Source of the DNA: an uncultured Verrucomicrobiae bacterium | GTDB lineage: Bacteria; Verrucomicrobiota; Verrucomicrobiia; Chthoniobacterales; UBA10450 | Assembly (NCBI GenBank): GCA_963717545.1 | Contig: OY970345.1 | Coordinates: forward strand, 2,114,227 to 2,178,226 | DNA length: 64,000 nucleotides | Reading direction: 5' to 3' | Shown: positions 8,637 to 18,531 of the stretch, piece by piece | Layout of the letters: each line of letters begins with the position of its first letter | Numbering within the stretch: the first letter of the stretch is position 1 | The notes under the pieces: model-generated | Seen by the model: only the letters and a program-made list of their open reading frames with translations | What the model was told of the DNA's origin: nothing | Databases searched by the model: none | Program-made: the position numbers and the translations under genes

Positions 8637-9617
8637 TTAATTTGTCGCTACTTGCTCATCATCCGGCCACTGGTCGTCGGTCTCTTTCCAAGTCTTGTCC
8701 GGATTGAAGCGTTCCATGCTTTGAACCACCTTTAGTCCGTCTGGTCCCAGGTCCTTCTCGTAAACGACTTCGCCGTGGCTGACCATAAATGTCTTCACAC
8801 CCGTGACTCCGTACTCAGCGGGCGCAGCTACCAGCGCGAACCCCCCGATCATTGCCCCGTTAACCATGAAATCTATTTCTCCCGGAGGCACTGCGGGACC
8901 TTGGCCTTTGAGGACCTTGAAGAAGTAGCCATGAAAAGGTTTGCTTTTGTCCGAGTAGCCCTCTTCCAAGGCCTTGGCTACGGTCTCCCCGACTGGGCCA
9001 CCCCAGGTGCCATCGGCATTCTGCCAGGCCAGGCCATCGTGTTTCCCCGGCGTGCTGACGATCCGTTGCGCATATTGATTCACGATAGAGTCATCGTGCT
9101 TCTCCAGAGAATACGCCTGCTCCGCCCCGACAAAGCCCAGGCAGATCTGGATAGCATCCAGTTCGTTCGCTCCGATACGCCTGAGCAGGATTGCTTCGCG
9201 GCCCGCCTTGCTGTCGAAGTACCACTTTGCCTTCCGTTTCACGATCGGAATCGGAAGCGGCCACTGTTCATTGCCGACTATTAGGGTCGCGCGATCCTTA
9301 TTTTTTGGATCGACCTCAATCGAATTCTTTTCGCGGACCTTCGCCGCGAAGGCAACCGCCCGGCTTTTGTCCTGCACCGGATCTTCGGATGAAATCAGGT
9401 CCTCGCTCCCTGGACCCAGAATGCTTGCGAGGACGGCGACATCAAAGCCGTCGATGGCTTGGAGCAGCCCTTCCACAGCCAGTTGCGGCGTATCGAATCC
9501 TTTTTGCTCCGGGGCTGTCGCCGCACGCGACCCAAAGCTGAGAAAATAAACGGCAAAAGCGGCGCAGGCCGACAAAGGAATTTTTAGTGACGTCATAACG
9601 GGAATTCTTGTTTTCAT
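8637..9617 (-). CDS. DUF2950 family secreted protein
   Basis: Start moved to ATG 9617 (MKTRIPVMTSLKIPLSACAAFA signal). The blocks FHGYFFKVLKGQG and GGFALVAAPAEYGVTGVKTFMV are recalled from DUF2950. Confidence 0.65.
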   Translation of the reverse strand: MKTRIPVMTSLKIPLSACAAFAVYFLSFGSRAATAPEQKGFDTPQLAVEGLLQAIDGFDVAVLASILGPGSEDLISSEDPVQDKSRAVAFAAKVREKNSIEVDPKNKDRATLIVGNEQWPLPIPIVKRKAKWYFDSKAGREAILLRRIGANELDAIQICLGFVGAEQAYSLEKHDDSIVNQYAQRIVSTPGKHDGLAWQNADGTWGGPVGETVAKALEEGYSDKSKPFHGYFFKVLKGQGPAVPPGEIDFMVNGAMIGGFALVAAPAEYGVTGVKTFMVSHGEVVYEKDLGPDGLKVVQSMERFNPDKTWKETDDQWPDDEQVATN

Positions 9618-9621
9618 TGAT

Positions 9622-10995
9622 TTACCTCCGCCGGCCGCCACCTCGGGAGCCGCCTCGGCTCATGCCACTGCTCCGGTTCATACCGCTGCTTCGGGATGAT
9701 GCCATGCTCCGAGAACCTCGGTCCTGACTGGCGAACGAGGAGCTTCTGTCCATCCGGTTGGAAGGAGCACTGAAGGCATTGTTAGTTCTGGGGCTCGAAT
9801 CCCTTGAAAACTGTTTGTCCGAGAGTCGGTTTGTTTCTCCAAACGGTTTCTGCGTCCTATTCGAAGCCGAATTACTCAGGCTACGGTCATTCGTAGATGG
9901 TCTCTGTCGGTCATTAGCCAGGCTGCTGCGATCGTTCGTCGATGGTCTTTGCCGATCGCTGAGAGCGGGTTGTTGACTAGGTCTCTGATTCACACTCGAC
10001 GGCCGGTTGGAGGGCTGGGTGCGAGCGGTGCCGCCATACTTCTGCGCGGTGGCCTTGTTTGAATAGGGAACGCCGCCGCGATGCTGGGCATCATGTTTCC
10101 AGGTATTTCCGTTCGCGTTGTTAATGTTGTTCCGATTAACGTTGTTGATGTTGTTAACGTTTGTCTTGTTGTAGTGGTTTACGTAGTTGTTGTTTACGTT
10201 GATATTGACGTTGTTGTTCCCCCAACCACAATTGTAGCCCCAGCCATTGTTCCAGGCCGCGCCTAGCGCAATCCCAGTGCCGAATGCCAGAAGAGCGCCC
10301 GTTGCTGGCGGATAATACATTGCCGGGTAAGGGTAAACCGATGTGCCGTAAACGACGGTAGGGTTGTAGGTGGGAACGTAGACAACCTTTGGATCGGCCT
10401 GTTCGATAACCACCACGGTCTTGGTTTCAACAACCTTGGTCTCCACTTTCATTTGTGGACTCGACTTCAATTTGCCGGCCGCATTCGCCTTCCCGCGGAG
10501 CCGCTGAACGGCCTCGAACACATCGGATTGCTGATTCAGAAAAGCATTTCCCAGGTCGGACGCCCAACTGATGTTATCGGCGAGTTTCTTGACCACCTCC
10601 GGAAGCGATGCCATGGCCTGGATGCTTGGATCCCAGGTCTGCTTTTGGACAGCGTCCGTGAGCGCTTTGTCTTTCAACGTTTTGTTTTTCTCCAGCCACT
10701 GCTGGAGGAGAACGATTTCGAGCGGATAAGTGCAAGCGACCAGCGTCTGGCTCAGGAGAGGGTCGGGATACAGAGCAATCGGCGCGACTAACGCGTCCAG
10801 TTGATCATTTGGAATCTTCGGCGCCGCTTCCGCCGGAGGAGTTGCGACCGGCGATTGCACCGGAGCCACGGCTGGCGGAGACGATTGCTGAGCCAGGGCC
10901 ACGAACTGGCCCGGGGAGAAATACGCGATGGAGGTTATCAACAGGCATTGCAATGACCGGCTGCCGAATCCGGATGAAGCGTTTTTTGAGCTCAT
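9622..10995 (-). CDS. DUF3300 domain protein with an Asn-rich and Ser/Arg-rich low-complexity tail
   Basis: Start moved to ATG 10995 (MSSKNASS...). DUF3300 signature LDALVAPIALYPDPLLSQTLVACTYPLEIV...WDPSIQAM. The tail carries NNNVNINVNNNYVN... and a duplicated DRQRPSTNDRS unit. Confidence 0.7.
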   Translation of the reverse strand: MSSKNASSGFGSRSLQCLLITSIAYFSPGQFVALAQQSSPPAVAPVQSPVATPPAEAAPKIPNDQLDALVAPIALYPDPLLSQTLVACTYPLEIVLLQQWLEKNKTLKDKALTDAVQKQTWDPSIQAMASLPEVVKKLADNISWASDLGNAFLNQQSDVFEAVQRLRGKANAAGKLKSSPQMKVETKVVETKTVVVIEQADPKVVYVPTYNPTVVYGTSVYPYPAMYYPPATGALLAFGTGIALGAAWNNGWGYNCGWGNNNVNINVNNNYVNHYNKTNVNNINNVNRNNINNANGNTWKHDAQHRGGVPYSNKATAQKYGGTARTQPSNRPSSVNQRPSQQPALSDRQRPSTNDRSSLANDRQRPSTNDRSLSNSASNRTQKPFGETNRLSDKQFSRDSSPRTNNAFSAPSNRMDRSSSFASQDRGSRSMASSRSSGMNRSSGMSRGGSRGGGRRR

Positions 10996-11060
10996 AATCT
11001 TTTTTGGCAGCCCATGCTGCACTTGAAGACTTGAAGTCTGGCGGAACCTACTTTGACAGC

Positions 11061-11076
11061 CTATTGGACCTTGGTC
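11061..11076 (-). promoter_or_regulatory. dyad box (GGACC-TT-GGTC family), copy 1
   Basis: The plus strand reads CTATTGGACCTTGGTC. It lies 65 nt upstream of the DUF3300 ATG (10995). Confidence 0.45.
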
Positions 11077-11105
11077 GTACAGGCTCTTTTTCTCCGGCCA
11101 GGAAA

Positions 11106-12669
11106 TCAAAGCAGGCCCTCGATCGGCAGCCAGCTCAGGATACGGACCTTGAAGCGTTTCCAAACACTGGCCCCGGGTTCTGAGTCGAAGCGCACTTCCT
11201 TTCCCCCCTCGCGCGTCACCCAGACGAGGCGGTCTCCGGTCGAGTTCCACGCGATAGGCGTTGCGCGCGAGATCGCGCTCGGTCTACTCGGGCAGACGCT
11301 TCGCCAGCGGCGGGCAGTCGAAGAGCACTCCCATCTCCGTGTTCAGTTTGTTCGAGCGCGGATCGAGATTGTAGGAGCCGATGAAACCAATCCGGCGGTC
11401 GAAGGCGAACGTCTTCGCGTGCAAGCCTCCGGTGCTCGATCCGGCCGGTCCGCGAAAGCGCCGGGCTCGAGCCTGAGGGCGCCGGCGGTCGGCTTGATCT
11501 CGTAAAGTTCGACGCCGGCCTGGAGCAGCGGCTTGCGGTAGAGCTGGTATTTGGAGTGGACCGGCACGCCGTCCGTGGAAGCCAGCGAATTGGTGATCAC
11601 GACCACCCGCGCTCCGCGCCGATGCACGCCCGCCAGGAGCTCGACGCCCTTCTTCCCCGGCACGAAGTAAGGCGAGAAGAGGAACAGCTCGCGCTTTGTT
11701 TTGTCGACGACTTCGCGCAAGCTGCGGGGCGAGATGCGTCTCCGTCTTGTCGGCGGAGGTGGCCACCTTGTCCGGATGGTCGTTCACGATCGTGGCCTTT
11801 CCCCAGTAGTAGGAAACAGTTCGGTTCCTAAGTTGCCGGGCAAATTCACTGTCGCGCACGCTTTGCGCGTAGGCGGAAGCGCTTCGCGGTCTCGTGTATA
11901 CGCGATCAGCGCCGCCCGCTTCGCGGCGAATTGCTCGGGCGTCGTGTTTTGTCGCGCCAGCGCGGCGATCGGAATCGACGATTGGTTATTCCAATAAAGA
12001 TCGAATTCGTCGGACACCTCCTTCACCACCGGTCCGATGACCGCCACGTCGAGATCGGCAAAATTCATCTCCGCGTTCGCGCTCGAAATATTCATCGCCG
12101 ATATTGCGGCCGCCGACGATGGCGACCTGCCCGTCGGCCGTGAACGACTTGTTGTGCATCCGCTTGTTGATGCGTCCGAAGTCGGCGACCATGCCGAGCA
12201 GCCGGGGCGAACGCATGGCCACGGGGTTGAACATCCGCACCTCGATGTTCGGATGACTGTCGATGGCGAGCAGCATCGCGTCGGAGGGCATCGTGCCGAG
12301 ATCGTCGAGGAGCAAGCGCACGCGCACGCCGCGGTCGGCCGCGCGGAATAGATGCTCGAGCAGGACCTTGCCCGCCAGGTCCTTGTTCCAGATGAAATAC
12401 TGCACATCGAGGCTGCGTTGCGCCGCATCCGCCAGGGCCAGCCGCGCCGCCAAAGCCTCGCGCCCGTCCGGGAGTGCGTGGAGGCCGGACTGCCCCGGAT
12501 GCGCCGCGACGCGTGGTCGCACCGCCGCCGCCAGCGCGGTGCCTCCGTTGTCTCTCATAGCCGTGGAAGCCGTGCGCTCGCCGCCTTTGGGCAGACCGCC
12601 GCACGCAACGAGTGAAAGCATCACCAGTAAGGCAAGGGCGGGTTGAATGAAGCGGGAAAGAGTGCGCAT
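11106..12669 (-). pseudogene. phospholipase D / cardiolipin-synthase-like lipoprotein, decayed (at least 5 frameshifts and one in-frame TAG)
   Basis: Lipobox LSLVACG. The first HKD motif HNKSFTADGQVAIVGGRNIGDEYF is in one frame. ANAEMNFADLDVAVIGPVV...YWNN is in the second frame, and SAYAQSVRDSEFARQL... is back in the first. ELFLFSPYFVPGKKGVELL... is again in the second frame. The second HKD motif LHAKTFAFDRRIGFIGSYNLDPRSNKLNTE is in the first frame, ending at TAG 11284-11286. Homology continues past the stop (AYRVELD / GDRLVWVTREGGKEVRFDSEP...LSWLPIEGLL*, stop 11106-11108). Confidence 0.75.
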
Positions 12670-12675
12670 ACGATC

Positions 12676-13320
12676 TCAGGCGGCCGGCATGAGCAGAATG
12701 CGGATGACGGCAAAAACGAACACAGCCACGGCGAACACCGCGGCGGAATGCCGCACGCGCGATTGTTCAAACTCCCCCGCGGTGCCGGCAAAGAAGAGGA
12801 CGGCGGCGAAAAGGACGGTGTCCGCGAGGTATTGGCCGGAGCGATTGCCCGCTGCGCGCGCCCGGGTGACACGTTCGGAACCGTCAGCCCGCATGGCGGT
12901 GGCTTCGGCCGCACCGCGAACTTGATAGAGCTTTGGGACGAACGGGTGAGCGTCGGCCTCTCGATTCTCGAAAGGCTTCTGCGCCACCCATGCGTCGTAA
13001 GCCTTCTTCACGTCGGGCGGAAAACGCTCGGCATAAAAGGCCGCCAGTTTTTCATCACCAGCGTGTTGCGCGGCGATGAGCTGCATGAACATCGAGGCGT
13101 GAACGACCAGTGCCTGGCTGCCCTGGACATCGAGCAAAGCGGCTCGTTGCTCGAGGGCGTTCGACTCGTTCATCAAGCCGTTGGCGCGACGGGTCCACGC
13201 GGCGGATTGATACGAGCACCAGGCAGTCCCCAGAGTGGTCAGAGCCATGAGGATTGCCACGACAGGCTCGATCCATTTCTTCCGGGGTAGCTCCGTCGAT
13301 TTCTCGATCACGGCAGGCAC
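12676..13320 (-). CDS. hypothetical membrane protein
   Basis: 214-aa ORF with one N-terminal helix (VVAILMALTTLGTAW) and hydrophobic C-terminal helices. Its stop lies 6 nt before the PLD start. Confidence 0.55.
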   Translation of the reverse strand: MPAVIEKSTELPRKKWIEPVVAILMALTTLGTAWCSYQSAAWTRRANGLMNESNALEQRAALLDVQGSQALVVHASMFMQLIAAQHAGDEKLAAFYAERFPPDVKKAYDAWVAQKPFENREADAHPFVPKLYQVRGAAEATAMRADGSERVTRARAAGNRSGQYLADTVLFAAVLFFAGTAGEFEQSRVRHSAAVFAVAVFVFAVIRILLMPAA

Positions 13321-13378
13321 CTAGAACTCGTCTTTCATGGCGACCGTTTCGCGATGAGTGTCCACGTTCTTCCTTACC

Positions 13379-14446
13379 TTAAGTTTGCGCGGAGACTGCT
13401 GTTTTGGTGGCACCCCATTCTTCAACAAGGCGGTAGCCAACCGCGAGCAGGGTGGGTCCGATAAACACGCCGATGAACCCAAACACCAGCGCGCCCCCGA
13501 GCACGCCGAAGAAAATGAGGATGAAAGGCAGATCGCTGCCTTGGCTGATAAGCCAGGGTTTGACGACATTGTCCACGCTGCTCACAACAACACCCCAGAC
13601 GAGCATGAAAATTCCCCAACCCGTTCTGCCCTGGTAAAAAAGCCAAAGCGCAGCGGGAAGCCAGACTAACGGCGGACCCACGGGAACAACCGATAGAAAA
13701 AATGTGAGCAAGGCGAGGAGCGCGGCGCCCGGCACACCCGCAATGAGGAAACCGATTCCAGCCATCAACGCCTGCACCAGTCCGGTCCCGAGGATGCCGT
13801 AGACGACACCCCGAACCGTATTCCCGGCTATTTCGAGCAGATGGCTCCCGCGCTCGCCTCCTATTCGCTGGACCGCCGCCGTTACCCGTTCGCCAATAGC
13901 TATACCATCCCGGAAAAGAAAGAACGCGATCAAGATACTCAAAGCCAATTGAACCAGGCCGCCGCCGATGGCTACGCTGGCTATCAACAGAAATGACCCT
14001 ACCGGTTCGATAAAGCGTTTAGCTGTCTCCACTAGTTTGGAATGGTCCGTCGCAAGGCTCTGCCAGCGTTCGGCAGCTTGCTGTCCTACAATTGGCACCT
14101 TTTCCATCCAAGCCGGCGGCGCATGCGGTCCAACCTCGACCCATGTTTTCGCGGAGGAGGTCAGTTGCTGGACGTTGTCGGCCAGGGTAGCGCCGACAAT
14201 CACGAAGGGTAACAGCATTACCACGATCATCCCCAAGGCCATAACCAACGCAGCCCAGGTTCGCCGGCCGCGGAGTAACCTCAGGAGCCGACGATAAATT
14301 GGCCAACTGGAGAAACATAATACCACTGCCCAAAGCAGCGCCGACGCGAACGGCCGCAGAACCAGGAGGCATCCAGCAAGGAGAAGCAGTAGAACTAACC
14401 AGCCTAGACTCCGTTCCAGCCGCGCCGGTTTGATGGCGGTTTGCAT
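13379..14446 (-). CDS. AI-2E family transporter (PerM/YhhT-like)
   Basis: 355-aa polytopic protein. Its helix pattern and blocks (LLPFVIVG..., FLSVVPVGPPLVWLPAALWL, VVSSVDNVVKPWLISQ) are recalled from the AI-2E/UPF0118 family. Confidence 0.7.
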   Translation of the reverse strand: MQTAIKPARLERSLGWLVLLLLLAGCLLVLRPFASALLWAVVLCFSSWPIYRRLLRLLRGRRTWAALVMALGMIVVMLLPFVIVGATLADNVQQLTSSAKTWVEVGPHAPPAWMEKVPIVGQQAAERWQSLATDHSKLVETAKRFIEPVGSFLLIASVAIGGGLVQLALSILIAFFLFRDGIAIGERVTAAVQRIGGERGSHLLEIAGNTVRGVVYGILGTGLVQALMAGIGFLIAGVPGAALLALLTFFLSVVPVGPPLVWLPAALWLFYQGRTGWGIFMLVWGVVVSSVDNVVKPWLISQGSDLPFILIFFGVLGGALVFGFIGVFIGPTLLAVGYRLVEEWGATKTAVSAQT

Positions 14447-14517
14447 GTTACCTCGCTAAGTCCGGAATCCAGTAAAACATGAGAGCGATGATCGTGTAGA
14501 CCGGGACGCCGCCGAAA

Positions 14518-15933
14518 CTAAGTGGGAAGCACTCCATCCCGGCGCAAGATCGCTTCGTAGGTAGCCATCTTGTATAGCTCGCCCAGGGTCGGATAGTTGA
14601 AACAAGCCCGGTTAAAAACAGTCGCGCCCACTCCGGCGAGCATCGCGACCAGCCCGATGTGAACGACTTCTGTCGCCTGCTCGCCGACCACATGAACACC
14701 GAGGAGACGCATGTCTTCCCGGCGAAAGATCAGCTTAAGAAGACCGTGCTCGTCGCCAATGATCTGGCCCCTCGGATTGTCGGCATACCGGGCGCGGCCG
14801 ACGACGTAGGGAATGTTCTTTTCCTTAAGCGCTTCCTCGGTCTCCCCGGCCATGCTCGCTTCCGGAATTGTGTAGATGCCCGTCGGGAGAATGGGCGCCG
14901 CGGATTCCTTCTGCTGAATCTCGAACGCGACACATGCCGCCAAACGCGCCTGCTCCATCCCGGTAGCCGCTAGCGCCGGCGCACCGACCACGTCGCCCGC
15001 GGCGAAAATGTGCCGGACCTCAGTCCGGCCTGTCGAATCCGCTTTTATCAGGCCGCGTTTCCCAGGGGTGAGCCCGGCGGCGCCCAAGTTCAAATCGGCC
15101 GTGTTGCTTTGCCTCCCGGCCGCGACCAGGACATCGTCCACCGCGAGCGTTGCGCCGGAAGTGAGCGTGAGAGTTACTTCACCTGTCGGGGGCGCCTCAC
15201 AACGCGTTACTTTCTCCTTCCAATGGAAACGAACGCCCGCCGCGACCATCGCGTGCTCGATGGCCTGCGCGATCTCGCGATCGAGAAAACCAAGGAGTGC
15301 GTCGCGCCCATCGATCAAATGCACTTCGACACCGAGCGCGGCAAAAGTGCAGGCGTATTCCGCGCCGATAACGCCAGCGCCGACGACCGCCAGCGTTTTC
15401 GGAAGCACTCCGATCTCAAGGATCTCATCGGAATCGTGGACGCGCGGATGTTCGAACGGAAACTCCGGGGGTCGCACCGGCGAAGAGCCGGAGGCGATCA
15501 AAATTCTTTCGCCGCGCAACCAGGTGTCCGGCCCGATTTGTACGGTGTTGGGTTCGACGAACTTTGCCGCGCCTTGAAATATCTGGACCCTGTTACTTCG
15601 CAGTTGTTCCTGCCGCCGCCACCGCTCGTGCGCCGCCACGTTTTTCATGTGACCCATGAAATCCATCACGGTTGCCTCCCGCCGAATGGAGATGTCGACG
15701 CCGAAGAGCGCGCGCGAGCGCACGCCCGAGAGCACCAGCGCCGTCTCGCGCAACGCCTTGCTCGGGATCGTGCCGGTATTGATTCCCGCACCGCCGACGT
15801 CGGGCAATTTTTCGACGAGCGCGACACTCTTGCCAAAAATTGCCGCGGTATTCGCTCCGCAAATTCCGGCGGGACCACCTCCGATGACAACGAGATCGAA
15901 TTGCTGAGCCATGGCTATAACTCCGGGGTTCAT
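14518..15933 (-). CDS. sthA: soluble pyridine nucleotide transhydrogenase-like flavoprotein
   Basis: FAD motif DLVVIGGGPAG; GTIPSKALRE without a redox-active CxxxxC (as in SthA); NAD motif VVGAGVIGAEYA; TGIYTIPE and FNYPT near the C-terminus. An alternative start at MAQQFD (15912) is possible. Confidence 0.7.
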   Translation of the reverse strand: MNPGVIAMAQQFDLVVIGGGPAGICGANTAAIFGKSVALVEKLPDVGGAGINTGTIPSKALRETALVLSGVRSRALFGVDISIRREATVMDFMGHMKNVAAHERWRRQEQLRSNRVQIFQGAAKFVEPNTVQIGPDTWLRGERILIASGSSPVRPPEFPFEHPRVHDSDEILEIGVLPKTLAVVGAGVIGAEYACTFAALGVEVHLIDGRDALLGFLDREIAQAIEHAMVAAGVRFHWKEKVTRCEAPPTGEVTLTLTSGATLAVDDVLVAAGRQSNTADLNLGAAGLTPGKRGLIKADSTGRTEVRHIFAAGDVVGAPALAATGMEQARLAACVAFEIQQKESAAPILPTGIYTIPEASMAGETEEALKEKNIPYVVGRARYADNPRGQIIGDEHGLLKLIFRREDMRLLGVHVVGEQATEVVHIGLVAMLAGVGATVFNRACFNYPTLGELYKMATYEAILRRDGVLPT

Positions 15934-15939
15934 CCGGCC

Positions 15940-17439
15940 CTATTTCGCGTAGCTTTCGGTCCCCTTGAAATCGCCGCCCAAGGCGAGATACAAATTCACC
16001 CGTTCGCGCAAACGCGAGGCCCGAATCCTGGTTAGTTCGATTTTCGCCGCCAGGTTTTCGCCGGCGAGGCGCAAGGTCGTGAAGGTGTCGATCTGGCCCT
16101 GCTCGAGTTGCTCACCGGCCAGTTTCACGGAGGTGGTGTTGTTTTCGACAAGGTCGGACAGGGCGCCCTCGCGTTTGCGCAGGTAATAATCGCCAGCCAA
16201 CGCATCTTCCACGTCACCGAAGGCGCGGAGCGCGGTAGCGGTGTAACTCGCGGCGGCAGCCTTTTGCTCGGAAGTGCGGATGTCCTGGACGGCCTTGAGT
16301 TCGCCACCAAAAAAGATCGGCTGCGTAATCCCACCGGCGAGACTCCAGGTCAGGGCATCGAGCGTGCCGACGCCGTCAAGCGCGGCGCTGCCCAGGCCGG
16401 TGGTAGTGCTGATGGCAAAGCGCGGCAGGCGCGCGGCACGCGCTTCGGTTACCCGATGAAAGGCAGCGGCGAAACGTCGCTCGGCGGCGAGGACATCGGG
16501 GCGCCGTTCGAGAAGTTGAGAGGGAAGACCGGCGGGCACGGCACCGGGCTGACGCGGGAAGGAACTGCGTGTCGCGAGCCGCCCGGCTGGGTAATGACTG
16601 GTGACAATTTCGATGGCGCGGATCGTTTGCGCCCGAGCGGCTTGTGCGATGTAAAGCGCGTCCTGCGCGCTGGCGGCGCGCGCCTTAATCTGCGCGAGGT
16701 CAAAGTCGCTCGCGTGCCCGTGCTCTTTTCGCACATCGGCCAGCTTTAGGGCCTCGTCGTAATAGCTCATTGTTTCCGCGGCATTCGCAGCCTGCTGCGA
16801 AGCTTCGATGGTCGAGAAATACGCGCGCGCCACGGCGGCGGCGAGGGACTGGCGCGCGTATTCGTAGTCGTAGCCGAGCGCGTCGCTTTCGGCCTGCGCG
16901 GCGGCCTTTTTCGACCGGACGCGTCCCCACACATCGGCTTCCCAGGCCGCGCCGACTCCGAGGCCATAGACCCAGCGTTGCGATGATGAATCCACGCTCC
17001 GATCGCTCAAGCTGCCGCCTTCATCGCCAACGCCCGGGATGCCGCCAAGGCTCGGCGGATCAATCCCAAGATTAAGAGCGCCTCCGAGCTCCTGGCCCTG
17101 CCGGTTCCCTAAAATTTTCGCGCCAATGCGCGGATAAAGAGACGACGACGCCACCCGCACCGCATGGCGCGACGCTTCCACCCGCGCGGCGGCTGCTTTC
17201 AGGTCGGGATTGCGGAGGATGGCTTCCTCGACGAGCCGCGTCAGTTCCGGATCGCCGAAGGTTTGAATCCAGCCGGGCACAACCGCGCCGCGGCCATGAC
17301 TGCCGCTCCAGCGGCCGGGAATCTGATCGCGCGCCGCGTCAGTGAGAATATCTGCGCCGAACGGCGGAATCTTCAGCGCGCAGCCGGCGAGAATTAGGCA
17401 GCCGACCGCGCCGAAAAGGATTCGGATTTTGACGCGCAT
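15940..17439 (-). CDS. efflux outer-membrane factor lipoprotein (NodT/TolC family)
   Basis: Lipobox ILAGCA. Two OEP-type repeats with long helical segments. The stop lies 3 nt after the adaptor gene. Confidence 0.8.
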   Translation of the reverse strand: MRVKIRILFGAVGCLILAGCALKIPPFGADILTDAARDQIPGRWSGSHGRGAVVPGWIQTFGDPELTRLVEEAILRNPDLKAAAARVEASRHAVRVASSSLYPRIGAKILGNRQGQELGGALNLGIDPPSLGGIPGVGDEGGSLSDRSVDSSSQRWVYGLGVGAAWEADVWGRVRSKKAAAQAESDALGYDYEYARQSLAAAVARAYFSTIEASQQAANAAETMSYYDEALKLADVRKEHGHASDFDLAQIKARAASAQDALYIAQAARAQTIRAIEIVTSHYPAGRLATRSSFPRQPGAVPAGLPSQLLERRPDVLAAERRFAAAFHRVTEARAARLPRFAISTTTGLGSAALDGVGTLDALTWSLAGGITQPIFFGGELKAVQDIRTSEQKAAAASYTATALRAFGDVEDALAGDYYLRKREGALSDLVENNTTSVKLAGEQLEQGQIDTFTTLRLAGENLAAKIELTRIRASRLRERVNLYLALGGDFKGTESYAK

Positions 17440-17442
17440 CGG

Positions 17443-18531
17443 TTAGTGCAGCTTCGCTACGAACCAATCGAACTTCGTCGAGACGCGGACGAAGGCTTTG
17501 CGGATGATGTGCAAAAACTTTCCATGTTCCGTATAGATCGCGCCATGGCCGCGAGCGCCAGCAGCCAGAAAGAGGTCCTTGTCCTTGCCGTCGACGAGCA
17601 GACGCACCGCGATCAACGCGTCGGGCGCGGCGGCGGCCGGTATCGTATTTGGCAAATTGCCGCTGATCGGCATTTGGCCCTGAGCCGTGGCCCAGAGGAT
17701 GGAGTCCACCTTGCACTTGATGATGCGGCCCGGATACATCTTTAAGAAGATCTCCGCCTCGTCGCCTGGCTCGACGTAACGCAGTTCGTTCTGGCTATAA
17801 AAGGCGAGGATCCACGGGTCGTCCTCCTCGATGAAACTCATCACTGGCGAAAGCGGGAGCTGCGCGGCGCGCACGCCCGGGCGGAGCGCGAGATTCGCGA
17901 CGCGGCCATTGGCGGGTGCTAAATGCGTAGTGCCGTCGAGGTCGTATTTCGCACCGAGCAGGTCGGCTTCGGCCTTGGCAATCTGCGCAGTTGCCTGCGA
18001 TTCCGTTGCCTCGGCCGCGAGGACTTCGCTTTCCAGATTTCCGAGATCGCTTTGCGCCTGTTCCAGGTCGGCCCGTCTGCCCGCTCCCGTCGAAGCGAGC
18101 GCGGTGAATTGCTCCACGCGCTTTTTCGCGAGATCAATTCGTGGGGCCAGGGCGGCTTTCTTGGCCGCGGCGTTCTTAAGTTGCTCGCCAAGTCCGCGCA
18201 ACGTGGCCTCGGCGGCTTTCACTGCTGCTTCGAACGGCGCCGGATCGATTTTGAAAAGCACGTCGCCTTTCTTGATCGGCCGGTTCGGCTCGATCGGCAC
18301 TTCCGTGACTTGCCCGGTCACGCGCGGGACGATCGGGATGACGTAATTCATCGCCCGCACATCACTCGCCGACGGCGCGACGATGTTCATGAACAGGATG
18401 ATAATCGTCAGACAAATGATCGGGATCGTGATGACGATGACCTGGCTGGTGATATTCCAGGGCAGCCATTTCTTCTTGAAGAAGACGAACCAGACGATGG
18501 TCGAATAGATGATCAGGAGGAGGAGCTCCAT
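17443..18531 (-). CDS. HlyD-family membrane fusion/adaptor protein (YiaV/EmrA-like)
   Basis: An N-terminal TM helix, a lipoyl-like block (TGQVTEVPIEPNRPIKKGDVLFKIDP), a coiled-coil hairpin and a beta-barrel tail. Confidence 0.8.
   Translation of the reverse strand: MELLLLIIYSTIVWFVFFKKKWLPWNITSQVIVITIPIICLTIIILFMNIVAPSASDVRAMNYVIPIVPRVTGQVTEVPIEPNRPIKKGDVLFKIDPAPFEAAVKAAEATLRGLGEQLKNAAAKKAALAPRIDLAKKRVEQFTALASTGAGRRADLEQAQSDLGNLESEVLAAEATESQATAQIAKAEADLLGAKYDLDGTTHLAPANGRVANLALRPGVRAAQLPLSPVMSFIEEDDPWILAFYSQNELRYVEPGDEAEIFLKMYPGRIIKCKVDSILWATAQGQMPISGNLPNTIPAAAAPDALIAVRLLVDGKDKDLFLAAGARGHGAIYTEHGKFLHIIRKAFVRVSTKFDWFVAKLH

Noticed and set aside
10105-10235. AT-rich tract as a foreign insertion or non-coding island
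   Set aside because: It stays in frame and encodes the Asn/Val-rich segment of the DUF3300 protein, so it is low-complexity coding sequence rather than an insertion.
10996-11250. N-terminal extension of the DUF3300 ORF (542-aa version)
   Set aside because: The extension runs through dyad box 1 and the 3' end of the PLD pseudogene. ATG 10995 precedes a plausible signal sequence.
12092-12604. 170-aa ORF and other overlapping ORFs in the PLD region, as separate genes
   Set aside because: This is a third-frame Arg/Gly/Pro-rich product. The PLD homology itself is carried by the two alternating frames described in the pseudogene call.
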